DNA of 64,000 nt from Monocercomonoides exilis PA203 (Eukaryota; Protista; Preaxostyla), in the NCBI GenBank assembly GCA_001643675.2, contig LSRY02000001.1, positions 2,046,001 to 2,110,000 of the forward strand. The letters run 5' to 3'. Under the pieces are notes generated by a model. It did not search any database, had not been told where the DNA came from, and was given only the letters and a program-made list of their open reading frames with translations. The number at the start of each line of letters is the position of its first letter. The first letter of the stretch is position 1. The position numbers and the translations under genes were made by a program. Shown piece after piece: positions 12,401 through 24,800 of the stretch.

Positions 12401-15400
12401 ATTGAGGATTACGAATGCGAAGAGTGTGGCAAGTTTCATAAGGTTGATGTGATCAACCGAACAGTTCTGAGAGACCTACCGAATCCACTCATTATTTTTC
12501 TCAGGCGTTTTGACTACCAGCCGCTGACTGTGAACAGAGTGAAGATCAACGACAAGTTTGAGTTCCCCATTGAGGAGGATTTGGATCTCGAGCCATTTAG
12601 GTGGGAGGCGATGCAGGTGAGGGAAGAAAAACTAAGCAGTATGAAGCGGTTTTCCAAAGCTGACACAGCAATCACCTTGGAAAAGGTTGGACGCAAAGAG
12701 AATCTGAAGAATCTGCAGGTGCCGCATAACAACGAAAGCAAAGACAAGCTGCGTCCGGAGAGCTGCTGCAAATACCGTCTGCAGGGCATCATCAACCACT
12801 TGGACACGGCCAAAGCTGGACACTACATCTCATTTGTGTGTGAAAGAGATGCGCCGCACCAGTGGTACGAGTTCAACGACGATAGAGTTAGGCTGCTCCC
12901 TTCTCCTGCCATTGAGACACTAAAAGCAGAGTCCTTTGGCGGGAGCTTTCTGGACGACACCGCGCTGATCGATCCAGAGATCATCAAGTACAAGCGCCTG
13001 GGCCTGTTGAGCTAGGCAGACACGGTCAAGCCGTACTCGGCATACATCCTCATCTACGAGCGAAAGCAGCCTGTGGACAACTGGAGCCTCGAGCGCCAGC
13101 TGCTCAGTCAGATTCTACAGGCAAAGCTGAAAGAAATGGAAAGAGGGAGCCGTCTGCCTCCAACTGTATCGCAAGCAATCGGATCTTTTCCTCTTTTCGC
13201 AATGCATCCTCCACCGCCCCACCAGTCTCCGCTGAAGATGCGTTCTCCTTTTAATAACGATGTGTTCGCAGATTCCGCCTTGACAGAGCATTCGCCAATG
13301 AAATCGTCTTCAGATGGGATGAGCAGTGTGGATGAGAGTGTGTTGGTGAGGCAGCTGGGCATCGTGAGAGACAGGCAGATCTTCTCAAACATATTCTTTG
13401 CGTTTGTGAGAAGGCTGTTTGGGTAGTTTGGATGCGAACAATACACCGAAGAAGTGGAAGCAGCAACAACAGTCACTAACACCAGATCATCTTCAACTGG
13501 TGTTTCATCTGCAACACCTGCCTCATCTTTGATTCAAACGAAACGTGCTGGTAAAAGCTCATTATCGATATCCTCATCTGCGTCAATTTCTATGGATATG
13601 CGTGTTCCGAATGTGCCAAAGGAAGGTCTGACATTTTCCCGCGACTTAATGTTTTTCTGTGTGTGTTTTTTGTTTCACACCTTCTCCCATTCAGTGCATC
13701 ATGCGGTGTTTGTGCAGTGGAGTTTGGAGTTGGAGCAGATTCTTGTTCGCTCGCCAGACTTGTCGTTCAAACTGATCAAGCACATCACAACTGAGTTGCT
13801 CAGCGGAGAAGCAAAAGAGAAAGATGCTTGCCTTGCCCGGAAGCAAAACCAGAAGAGTTCAACTGCATCCCTCGCAGCGTGTGCAATGACTGCTCCTGAG
13901 CTGAACAAGCTGGAATCTGAAGACATTGCAGGTGCGCCGTCGATTGCGAAGGCCTTTCTCTTACTCTGCGAAGACACTCAGCTGCGTCTGTGTTTTTTCC
14001 GTGTGATCCTCTGAACCCTTTCTGCTGTTCTGAAGTCAGTCTCAGTGTATTTGTCTAAAGCAGACGCCTCTCTGTCACAGTAATACCTCTCCATTCTGCT
14101 CCAGCAGCTCTTCTTCTCCTTCACATAGCTGTTCGATCCTCTGCCTGCCAAGCAGAAGAAAGCCATCCAATTCGTCCCTCTGTTCGCCTTCCTGCGCGAT
14201 GCTTGCTTTCTGTCTCCTGTTTGCTCTTGGCTGCTCCTCCTCGCCAATTACACTCAACGTTGCCAAAACTTTCTTTCTCCTTCTCTGTCAAAACAGTCGA
14301 GAAAGTGGACATATGCAGTGAAGTCGCTGTATTCTCTTGCTCCTCTGGACGGAAACAGTGCTTATCAGGATGAGCTGCCTCCGGTTCCGCGTGAAGCAGC
14401 AATGGCGTTGTTGGCCTCTTTCATTTCTTGTCTGTATAATTCACCATCTCCGTCTGCGTCTGCTTCTCTCTCCATTCTTATGATTTTGAAAGGAACGAAG
14501 CCGACTGCTCTTTTTGCTTCAGATTCATCCTTTTCCTCAATTTCGCTTCCTTCTATTCCAATTTTACCAGAAGATGCATTTTATTCGATCATTTCGCAGT
14601 CATTTTGTGATGTTCTTTTTTCTTTCACAAAAGAACCAAGCCACGTTGCTTCTCTTTGTTCTCTCGCTTTGTCCTGTTTTTATTCCATTCGTAACGATGT
14701 TGCTGAGCATAAGTCATATCTTTTGCTTTTGGAGAATCATTTAACACAGATTGGGGTTGGCTGGCTGCTCCTCAAGTCAGAAGAGTTGAGGAGCACACAA
14801 ATCAGAGAGATGAATGAAAAGTGGATGGGGGTGTATTTATCTGTTGTGACATGCACAGTTACACAAGCATATTCATCATCATCATTATATTCTTCTTCTT
14901 CTTTTTCTTCTTTTTCTTCATCATCATCATCATCATCTTCTTCTTCTTCTTCTTCTTCTTCTTCTTCTCTCCCTCTTCCTGATCCTTCCTCTATTCTTCA
15001 TTCAATTGAGTCTTTACACGATCGTTCTTTTATTCTTCTTCCGGATGATATTTCAAATTCTCTTCCTCCATCTTCTCCTTCTCCTTCTCCTCCTCTTTCT
15101 TCTTCCGAAATGTCATCTTCCCCACTGCAAACAACACAAGTCTATTCAGCACCATGAAACATCAAGTGTAATCAGCAGTAGTATTATTGTCGTGTCATTC
15201 TTCTCATCTGTTAAATGGAGCGAGACATACTCCACAAATTCATTTGCAGGAAGTGCTGAACTAGCATGTGAAGAGCAAGTGCATTCTCCAAATACAGATA
15301 TCTTAGAGAGAGGGAAGACAGGGAGAAATAAGAGAAGTGACAGGGGCGCAGAAGTGTGCCAGAAGAGAAGAAACAAAGGCGAAGTCGCAGACGATGATAG

Positions 15401-15470
15401 TGGCTAAAGTGTTGTAGTTGGAGAGGGCGGAGGAATGAATGGAGTGATGTTTTGGCTTTGATGATGAAAA
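9432..15470 (+). pseudogene. Large ubiquitin-specific protease (UCH/USP, USP9/24/34-like architecture) pseudogene
   Basis: Cys box GIVNPGTLHYMNSLFVQLF (Cys replaced by His), DIYEFF, YECEEC, LPNPLIIFLRRFDY...KINDKFEFP, His box GHYISFV...WYEFNDDRV, SAYILIYER. In-frame stops at 11741, 13013, 13424 and 14012; frameshift near 12290. Outer limits approximate. Confidence 0.85.
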
Positions 15471-16188
15471 TGTTAAAGATGATGAAGAGAAAGAATAAGA
15501 CGAAGGAATAAAGGTGATTATTTCCCAACAAATTATTATATTTCTTCTTCTGAAAATTCCTTCCTGAAAATTTTTTGTATTCGTAAATCTTTTTGTTTTC
15601 ATGTCCTCATACAGTTTTCCGTTTGTATGCATAAGTTATCCGAAAGCAGATACAATAATTACGCGTTAATATTTACCGTTCATTTGAAATCAATGCCCGT
15701 AACATTGACAATACTATGAAACTTCTATTCACATTCAACGCATTTAAATACAAAGGCAAAAATCATAATCACACCTTTTCATGTCTTTTTCTGTTATTTC
15801 TTAAAATATCACGCTTGTTTTCAAATATTTAAATAAATTATAATTATGCATTCCATTTCTAATATTTTTTTGCATAATAATGTTATACACATTGTGATAT
15901 GTGTGCAGAATAAGTTTGGAACAAAACATGATTTTTTTAATGAATTAAAAAATTTCGCCCCATATAGATGGAGGAGTTAAGCCCCTTCATTGAACTCCTG
16001 TGTGAAATTGGAGGGTTGCATTAAGTGTGAAACCTTAGGTTTGTTCAAAATGTTATTTATCAAAATTTTTTTCCATTTAATTTCAATTTAAAAAATAAAA
16101 TATTATTATGATCTGAAAAATATTATTTAAAAAAGAAAATCACTGTGGAAACAAAATTTAAGATGGACAAAAAAAGCTACAGCATGTA

Positions 16189-17709
16189 ATGCCTTTGCGC
16201 AAGAATGTGAAAAACAACAGTCGGTTGGAGCGAATGGCTAACATAGTTATCGATGGAGTTGTTCGCATCACGCATGCAATTAATTCCAAGGAATTCAGTC
16301 GCACAAGTTTCAAAAATGCAATTCGAGCGCTGAGAAAAGGAAGGCTGGTTGGAAAAATTGGCAGACCTGAAGCAGAAGTTGGTGAAAAGGAACAAAGAGT
16401 TTTGAACATTATTCACATTGAAGCAAAGTCTGGAACATGTTTAACTTTGAAAAAAACAAGAGAATTGGTTTGTTTAATTTTTATTTATATGTTCTAATCA
16501 TTTGTTTTTCAGATTGAAAATGTTATAAACGACAACGATGACGAAGACGCACCATTTACTGAAGTATTAATGTCTGCCACATATGGTTTTGTCAAGCGTC
16601 ATCCGGAGCTGACAAGTGTAACGCAGAAGAATTTGGACATAAACAGACTGGCTGTTTCGTGCAAAAGTGTTTTTAAACACTTGTATTAAACGCTCGACGA
16701 GTTGCACGAAAAATACAGTTTAAATCCAGCTTTGAAAATAATTAACGACGAATCTTCAACGCGCGTTCCCGCAGACTCAAAAAAGCTTGCTGTGCATGCA
16801 GCAGATACAAAAGCAGGTTTTTCGAAGGAACCACCAAGAATGATTAATTCTTCATTCGTGGCAGTTGTGGCAGCGGACGGATATGCCTTTCCTTCTATTA
16901 TTCTATGGCCAAGTGTCAACCTTCCAGAGGAGCTGAAAAGCCTGTAATCTCCAACGCATGAGATATGGGCAAATGGAAGCTGCTGGATGGATAACGAGTG
17001 CTTTAAAAGGTATGTTCCAACCGTTCTTCTTCTTTCTGTCATCGAAAGAAGAAAGCGCATGTCACTTGAAAATGAACACATTCTTCTCCTTCTTGATTCT
17101 CATGCTTCTCGCGCTGATCTATCGATCTGGCGAGGATTCCAAAAATAACGAGTCGATGTTTTAACCTTCGTGCCACACAGCACACACCTCTGTCAACCAC
17201 TGGACAGAGGAGTGTTTGCTGTGTTCAAATCTGAACTGACAAACAGATTTGAGGCTCCATCTTCTTCTTCATCTTCCTCCAAACGAGCAGCAATTTCAGA
17301 CGTTCTGCCTCAAGCCATCCACACTTCATTATCTCCTTCTGTTATTCAGAAAGCTTTCGTCTGCAGTGGTGTTCTTCACAATTCTTTTGGGCCAGTTCTT
17401 TTGAAACTGCCCGAATCTTCGATTTGCACTCTTCCATCTCGCAGAAACAGGTTTATCTTTTATGGAAAAGTGATAACAGACGATATTCTTTTTGAGAAAT
17501 GGGAAAATCACTTGAAAATGAATTTTGAAAGGAAAAATGAAATGGATGAAAAGGAGAAAGATGAAGTGAAGACTGTTGTGGATGAAAAGAAAAAAATAAA
17601 AAGAAGATTTCTCCACGTTAAAAATGATGATTCTGACGATGAAAAGAAAGATACAGCATTCAATCGAGGTGAAGGAAAAAGGAAAGTTATCAGAAGAATT
17701 AATTCTTAA
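16189..17709 (+). pseudogene. pogo/Tigger/Fot1-type (DDE_1) transposase pseudogene
   Basis: After a probable intron (~16468-16512): GFVKRHPEL, INDES, AADG...P, WMDNECF, LLLLDSHASR, PHSTHLCQPLDRGVF. In-frame TAA stops at ~16688, 16945 and ~17146. TIRs not located. Confidence 0.85.
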
Positions 17710-17817
17710 TTTTTTTCTTTGAATTTTTTTGATTTTCTTCTTCTTATTTTTTATTTTTTTATTTTTATTTTTTTTTATTATTAACAATTTATTCATTTAT
17801 TTAATTATATATATATA

Positions 17818-18059
17818 TGTCAAAATTTTTTTGAAAAGTTCCTTTTGTTTAATTTTCGAATTAAATTAAAATTTCATTTTTCGATCAAATTTCTGTTCAC
17901 ATTGACCAAATTTTTCTGTTATGAAAATAAAATCTTGATGATGATATTATATTCATTCTCATGAAATCTGGTGAGTGAAAACAGAAAATTGAGAGAAATA
18001 TGAAGTTTTAATTTAATTCGAAAATTAAACAAAAGGTACTTTTCAAAAAAATTTTGACA
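17818..18059. mobile_element. MITE, 242 bp, TGT...ACA termini, inserted in (TA)n (TSD TATA)
   Basis: Near-perfect ~60-bp TIRs TGTCAAAATTTTTTTGAAAAGTWCCTTTTGTTTAATTTTCGAATTAAATTAAAA. Body aligns end to end with 1067-1307 and 7102-7341. Confidence 0.85.
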
Positions 18060-18066
18060 TATATAT

Positions 18067-18239
<173 letters not shown>

Positions 18240-18885
18240 CAGAATAAAGAAAAAGAGTCAAGATTAAATTTCAACTCTATTATAGAATCCTAAATAATAT
18301 TTTCGACAATATTCATAAAAATTAAAAAATCGATGGCGATTATTTTTCATTCGTTGAATTGTTGATGTTAATGAAAAATGCTTGAGAAAACAGAAAACAG
18401 AAAAAAGAAATTTGATGGGAATTAAATCAACGTGAAAAAACAACAGGAATATAAAAAAGTCACGCAAGAATTTTCCAATAGGATCCAAGTGAATTCATTG
18501 GAAATTCATTCATGTTAGAGATACACAAAAACAAAAACAAATACAAATACATAAAAAGAGCAAAATTTTCAACTCAAAAACACAAAAACAAAAAATGAAA
18601 AAAACTAAAAAAATACAACACTCACACAAACACATTTAGTGACCTTACTCAAGAGATGGTGGATGCCCCAAAACGAAATGATTCACACATGAAACAATTG
18701 TGAAATCATTTGCACTGCAACACGTTCAGTTGAAGGCTTCTTCAAATTTCACCTTTGCAAAAACGAATTTCCATTGAACAGTAGATTCAAAACAAGACAT
18801 CAGGGGCAGGCGCTGTTTTCGCAATCCAAACATTTTTATCATTCAGCTCAATTCCACAAACATGCAGCAAGCAGGTAAAGAAGTA

Positions 18886-21800
18886 TCAAAGCACTCCATT
18901 AATCCCTTTCAGCAAGCCAATCACCCTATCCAATGTTGGCCTGTCATTTGGTTCGTCTGCCCACATCTTCTCCATCACTTCAACCAGATCTTCTCCTTCG
19001 ATTCCTTCTGTCAGTGGTCGCACTCCATCCCTCATCATCTCCTGCGCTTCCTCCGCATCACACTCACTCAAGGGCACTTCCCCGGTTGTCATCTCATGCA
19101 GAATCAGTCCAAGTGTGAAAACAACTGCCTGTTCAATTCCATCATCTTCATTTCCCACTTCTGGAGCTTTCCATCGATTCATTTCTTCCTTCTGCTTTTC
19201 ATCTTTCAATTCCTCTGTCAACACGTATATTTCATTTTCATTTCCTTCCTCAACAAAGATTGTATATGGACATATCTGTCTCGCTATCATTTCCACCCTT
19301 TCATCTCCGACTGAAATCAAATGCTCAAACAGCTCTGCCACTGCCATCACCACTTCCTTCCCATCAACAACATCCATCGCTCTTGTTCCCAGCGTGAAAT
19401 TACCTTGCACTGAATGAATCACCGAATGCAATGTTTTGATGTTCTTTTTCTCCTTCTCTCGAAATGGCTTCTTTGCTGATATCACATTGAATGAATGAGA
19501 TTGAGATATTCCAGAAACAAAACCATCCTCAGAAAATGGTAATGGAGATTCCAAATCTGGCAAATCATTTTCATTCAGAATTTCTTCATTGCTCATTGAA
19601 GGAGGCTCTGGAAGATCTTCATTGTTATCAATGAGAAGAGGAATTTGGCTCGTCATTCCTTCCAGCAGTGTGGATGGCATTTCACTAATCTCAAAGCTCC
19701 CTCCATTGTTTTCCCTTCTTCTCCTTTCAATATTCTCCATTATCCGTTCATTTTCTAATCTCTCTTTCTCAACCATCTTTTCTGATTCCTTCAGTTTCTT
19801 TCTCAGAAGCACAACAACAACAACAATCACAAATAACAGAATCATAACAATTACAATACATCCAATAAAGGCAAATAAACTCCATTCAATTTTATCCTCT
19901 CCTTTTGACATTATTTCATCGCCTTTTGGAGGAGTGATGCTTGCATTCTTCAGAATGAATGAATTTGTTGATGAAGGAGATTCTGCATCCCCAAACAAAA
20001 TACACACAGACACTTCTGTTTCATTTCCACAATCGCTGATTGCATCTTTTCCTACACTTCCTTCAACTTCTCTTTCTGACAAAAATCTATTTGAATCAAA
20101 ATCATGTTTTTCAATATCTTTCTCTTCCCCCTTCCTCTTCACAACTGCAAATGAAATATTGCATGGAACAAGAAGCATCCCTTTGAATATCAGCTTCATT
20201 CTATCTGTTGATTCTTTTGCTTCAACGCTTTCCAGAACAGGAATGAAGAACGATGAATCCCTTTCTGAAACAATCCCTTCAAAACTGCATCCATCATTCA
20301 AAATCCAAAGTGATGTATTTCTTTCCAATCCATCTCCACCTTTCAAACTCATCACATTCAATGCTCCAGAATTTGAACAAATGATGTTTCTACGAAGAGA
20401 GGGATATTTTTCAATGAATGGATTGTTGTTCAAAAACTCCCCTTTCTCAATCGTCACATCGCTAGCAGACACTGACAATCCACCTGATGAAGCATTCATT
20501 ATTGTCACATATTTCATCTCTAATAAAGAATTCGCTGAGTGAACAAGAGATCCATTCCATTCGCATATTTCTTCAAAATTATTATTTCTCTCATTTTCAC
20601 TTTCTTTTGAAAGAATTCCTTCAAATTCACACATTTGCATCGAAACATCCTTTGCATTGTTAATCTCCATAATGCTTCCTTTGTCAGAGAGAGAATGGCA
20701 ATCTGAGCAACTGCAATTGAAAAGATTTATTTGAGCAGAAGTTGAAGAAGCTGAGAAAACAGAAGCTCCTTCTGAATTCCTCGAACAGTTGTTGAATGAG
20801 GAGATTCCAATAGAAACAGTTCCTGATGATAAATCGTTTATCGCAATGACGCAACCTTCAGACAATTTCACTCCATCTGCAGATACTCCATTAAATACAA
20901 CACTTCCACATTGTCCAATCTCAAACACATCTGTTGTTGATTCAATTAGTTCCAGTTTCACATTTGTGATTGATACCTCATCTCCATTTAACAAAAAAGG
21001 AATCTTCTTGAATGAAAGCATTGATATTGAGCAGTTATCAACATGAAGAATTCCATTTTCGATGTTTAACAAAGTTGAATTCAGAACAATAGATTCAATG
21101 CTTTCTGATTGGCCAACAGAAGAAAAATCAACAAATGAAAGAGAAAGTTGTCCACTTGCCTCGTGAATGATTGAGTTGCCTGAATATGAAAATAACTGCC
21201 AAAAACTGAATTTCAATCTCTCAATCCGAACATTCTCTGAGGTTGTGATCAGATTTCCCTCATTGGTTATTGTTGAGCTCAGATGCACCAAAGCAGCTGA
21301 GGGAGATTGCAATGAGCGGATGGTCACATCAAGAACATCACACTTCCCAACAATTTCTGTTTGATTCAAGATTAGCAGCTGTGAGTACAGAGATGGAATA
21401 ATACGTTGGATTCCAACATTCAGCGATTGGCAAGGCTTGCTGAACTCCCCGCATTGCTTACTGTCTGTGTAATTGCCTGCAATTGATGACACAAATATCG
21501 TCTCGCTCTGGTATTTCATAACCCTCAGCAGAAGATCTTCTTCTCCTTCAAACGAGTCTGTTGTGCATCCCCATATTGCCTTGTCCTTCACAAATGGTGC
21601 TCTGAAATCCAGCATGAACTGCTCATCAACAATTTGATTTTCGATTGAGTGGCATCGAATATACACATCTCTCCCTCTCAATGCAGAGTTGTCTCTGAAT
21701 GTGATATTCGACAGCGCAAAATTCAGAGGCTTCTCAGCTGTCGAGGTGCATTCCAGAAACAGCCACCCACCTCTTCCTGCAATCGAGCAGAAACACTCTG

Positions 21801-24800
21801 AAATCTTGCAAAAAGAGCACTCAAAACTTCCTCCCTCATTCAACTCACAAAACATCCCTCCTCCCTTTCCACACTTCAACCCTCCACATCTCTTCATCGT
21901 TGTGTTCCGAACCACGATTTTCAATGGTGAATCATTCTCATTTCGAATGATCGAGATGTTTTCTGTTGTGTCTTGGGTGACTTCTTCAAACAAACTCCAC
22001 TCAATTACAATGTTTTGTTCTCCTTCATTGCTCCCTCTCTTCTCTCCAGCTGATCTCTTTGATATCCTCAATCCGCTTGTCCCCTCCAGCTCAATATTCT
22101 TCATCGTCAGATTTTTCGCATTCAGCACTGTTGTTGATAACACAGAAATAACATCCTGCGAAAAGCTCAACAATTGCATTGTCACCAATTCCAGCACAAC
22201 TGTCCCTCCTTCTGCTTTGATCAGCCTATAATCTGTCAATTCTTCTCTCTCATCTCCTTTTTTGGTGAATGAGCAGTCTTTCACAGTCAACAATCCCTCG
22301 CTTGAGCCAACATGCATCAAAACATCCACTCCATTTGCGAATGAAGATGGAATCACAAATATAATCAGTTCGAAATTGGTAATGCCACAAATCTTCATTA
22401 CTGCTCCTTCTTCTCCTTCAAGCGATGAGACACATTCCAATGAGCACATACTGCTCTCATCCGATTTCACTGATATTCCACTCACATCAACACTCTTCTG
22501 AAGATACCCTTTTCCAATGATGTTAATGTTCTTTTCATTTCCTTCAAGCATTCGCTCCAAACAATAATCAATTGAAAGGCAAGGATAATCTGAGAATCCA
22601 CATGCACTCATATCTTTTCCTTTGTCTCCAATAAATATCTCTGACCCAATCGCTCGCCAGAAATAAACCAGTGGAATGGCATTCGTTGTGTCACTCCCAT
22701 CAAAGCCTCTCATAGAATCAAACGAAATATCAGCCAAATGATCAGATACAAATGGAAGAGAGGCGTTTGTGATGCTCTTTGTCAGGTTTGGCGATTCAAC
22801 AAACAGGTCATTTCCATATTTTGCAATATTTGGCTTGTCTGCCTCAAAAACAGGTGATGAGATCACAAATGAAGAATCATCATCAATCAGCTTCAGTGCC
22901 ATCCCTCCTCCGAACCCAATCTTCCGTTCTTCTGCTGGTGCTGTGCATCCTGTGAATGTGCAAGAAATAATGTTCATTTGAATGCTCCCTTTCAACTGCG
23001 CATTGAGAGCCCCTCCTCTGCTTTCATCAGCCAGCACTGAACATCCATCAAATTCACATTCTTCAATATTTATTTCATTGTTTGAATTTTCATTTTCATC
23101 ATTGCTGTTGTCAATGCTCACACAGCCTCCATTTCCAGATGTTCTTTCTATTTCTGAAAAGGTACAGTTTGTCATATTCAACCACAGAGTGCTCATCAAC
23201 TCTGTATTTGTTCCACTTCCAGACAACGAGATCAATGGATTTCTTCTCAAATCAATTGATGAAGCAGAGAATTTGTCGATTATCAGGATCCCTGACTCAA
23301 CGGACAAGAACAGAATTGTCAATTCTGATGATGGATTTTGAAGGGAAATCGAACATTGAGACAGAGTTATTGATGATGAAGAAGACGAAATGAAAGTGGA
23401 GTGAAGAGGAAGGGAAGAAGGAAGAGAGAAGATGAGTTTTGATAATTCTGTTTCAACACTTGTTGTTATCATCGATGAATTGGATGTTGAACTTGAATCA
23501 GAGACTGTCCAACCACTTTCATCATCATTTCCTCGGATTTCATGTTTCTGATCGGCAAAGGTTAATTCATCGCTCATCTGAATCATTCCATTCACAATAA
23601 CTTTCTTTGTTTCTGTTTGTCTTGTGAGGGAGTGCTTCATTGTCAAGCAAGGGAATTGCACAATTCCACAGTGTGAGTGATTGGATGCCTCGATATTGCT
23701 CACATATATTTCTTCTGGGGTGGGAAGGAGATAGATGCACAGAGGAATGGCCACGCTGATGTTTCCATTGTCATAACCTCGCACTCTGTCAACAGAATCC
23801 AATGAATCTGTAACGCATGTGATGTTTTCTGACTTTGCTGTTTCTTCCAGATTGGGTGAAATGACAAAGATATCATTCCCCCATTTGGCAGTGTTTGTGC
23901 CAAATGAAGAGGAGATCAGGAAATTGGGATTTTCATTCAACAATCGAAGAAGAATTCCTCCACCAAGTCCGTTGGATGCAGAACAAAAACAGCCATCAAA
24001 AGATCCACCTTTCACTTTCACTTCATTCTCATTCCCAACACACAGCATCATCGATCCTCCATCAGCTGATGTTCTGCTTCCACATCCTTCAAAAGTGCTC
24101 GATTTCAGATCAATGCTTGCCTTGTCATTCGAAAACGACATCACTGCTGCTCCGCTCGTTGTTCTCTCAATCCCATCAAAACCACACTCTGAAAGTGTCA
24201 ATGAAATCTCATTTGTTGAAGAAAGCGAAATCAATGAATTTGTTGAAATCGTCTTTGCCCAGTTCACGTTTTCCATCTGAAACATCCCATTCTGAATGTT
24301 TATCAGTTCTGTCGAAAATGCTGTTTCTGTTGATTGTCCGCTCCCAAAAGATATGTTCAGTCTGCTGATGCTCATTCCTCCTGCTCCACTTATCTCAAAC
24401 AGCCTTGACCCACGGTTATTCGGATGAGCCGAATCATGCACAAGAACAAAGTCTCTGGCAGTCAATGTGCCTGTCGATACCGAAAATAGAGACAGCCCAG
24501 ATGCTTCAAATTCTGTATGGATTGCTGTGCTCATATTGCTTTGACCATAAACAGTAAAAGTGTTGACCCCACAATCAAAACTATTTGTTTCGATTATCGT
24601 TCCCGAAAATACTTCGACATTGTGAACCAAGTCTGGAATGAGTTGTGTAAGACAACGGCTGATCGTGCTGCATGGATAAGATTCATAAATTCCACAAGCA
24701 TATGTGTCGATGCCTTTTGGTTGTGAATCAGTTGATGAGACAAATCTCACGTTTCCAAAATCATTGCGAAGCCAATCACTGTGATCAACAATCGAACTGT

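Larger units (their letters stand above)
1679..15961. mobile_element. Putative 14.3-kb composite DNA transposon bounded by short TIRs
   Basis: GGGGCGAAATTTT at 1679-1691 and its exact reverse complement at 15949-15961. Inverted subterminal TTTTGTTCCA at 1703-1712 and 15917-15926. ATAT flanks both ends. Transposase remnant inside. Confidence 0.4.

Noticed and set aside
9432-15470. TAA/TAG = Gln genetic code (known in some oxymonads) rescuing the broken USP, pogo and 62595 genes
   Set aside because: Many stops are TAR, but TGA stops or frameshifts also interrupt the USP and 62595 loci, and three ORFs of 2400-3070 aa contain no internal TAR. C-to-T decay explains it.
15962-16100. Left TIR of the pogo element
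   Set aside because: No matching inverted copy was found downstream of the transposase.
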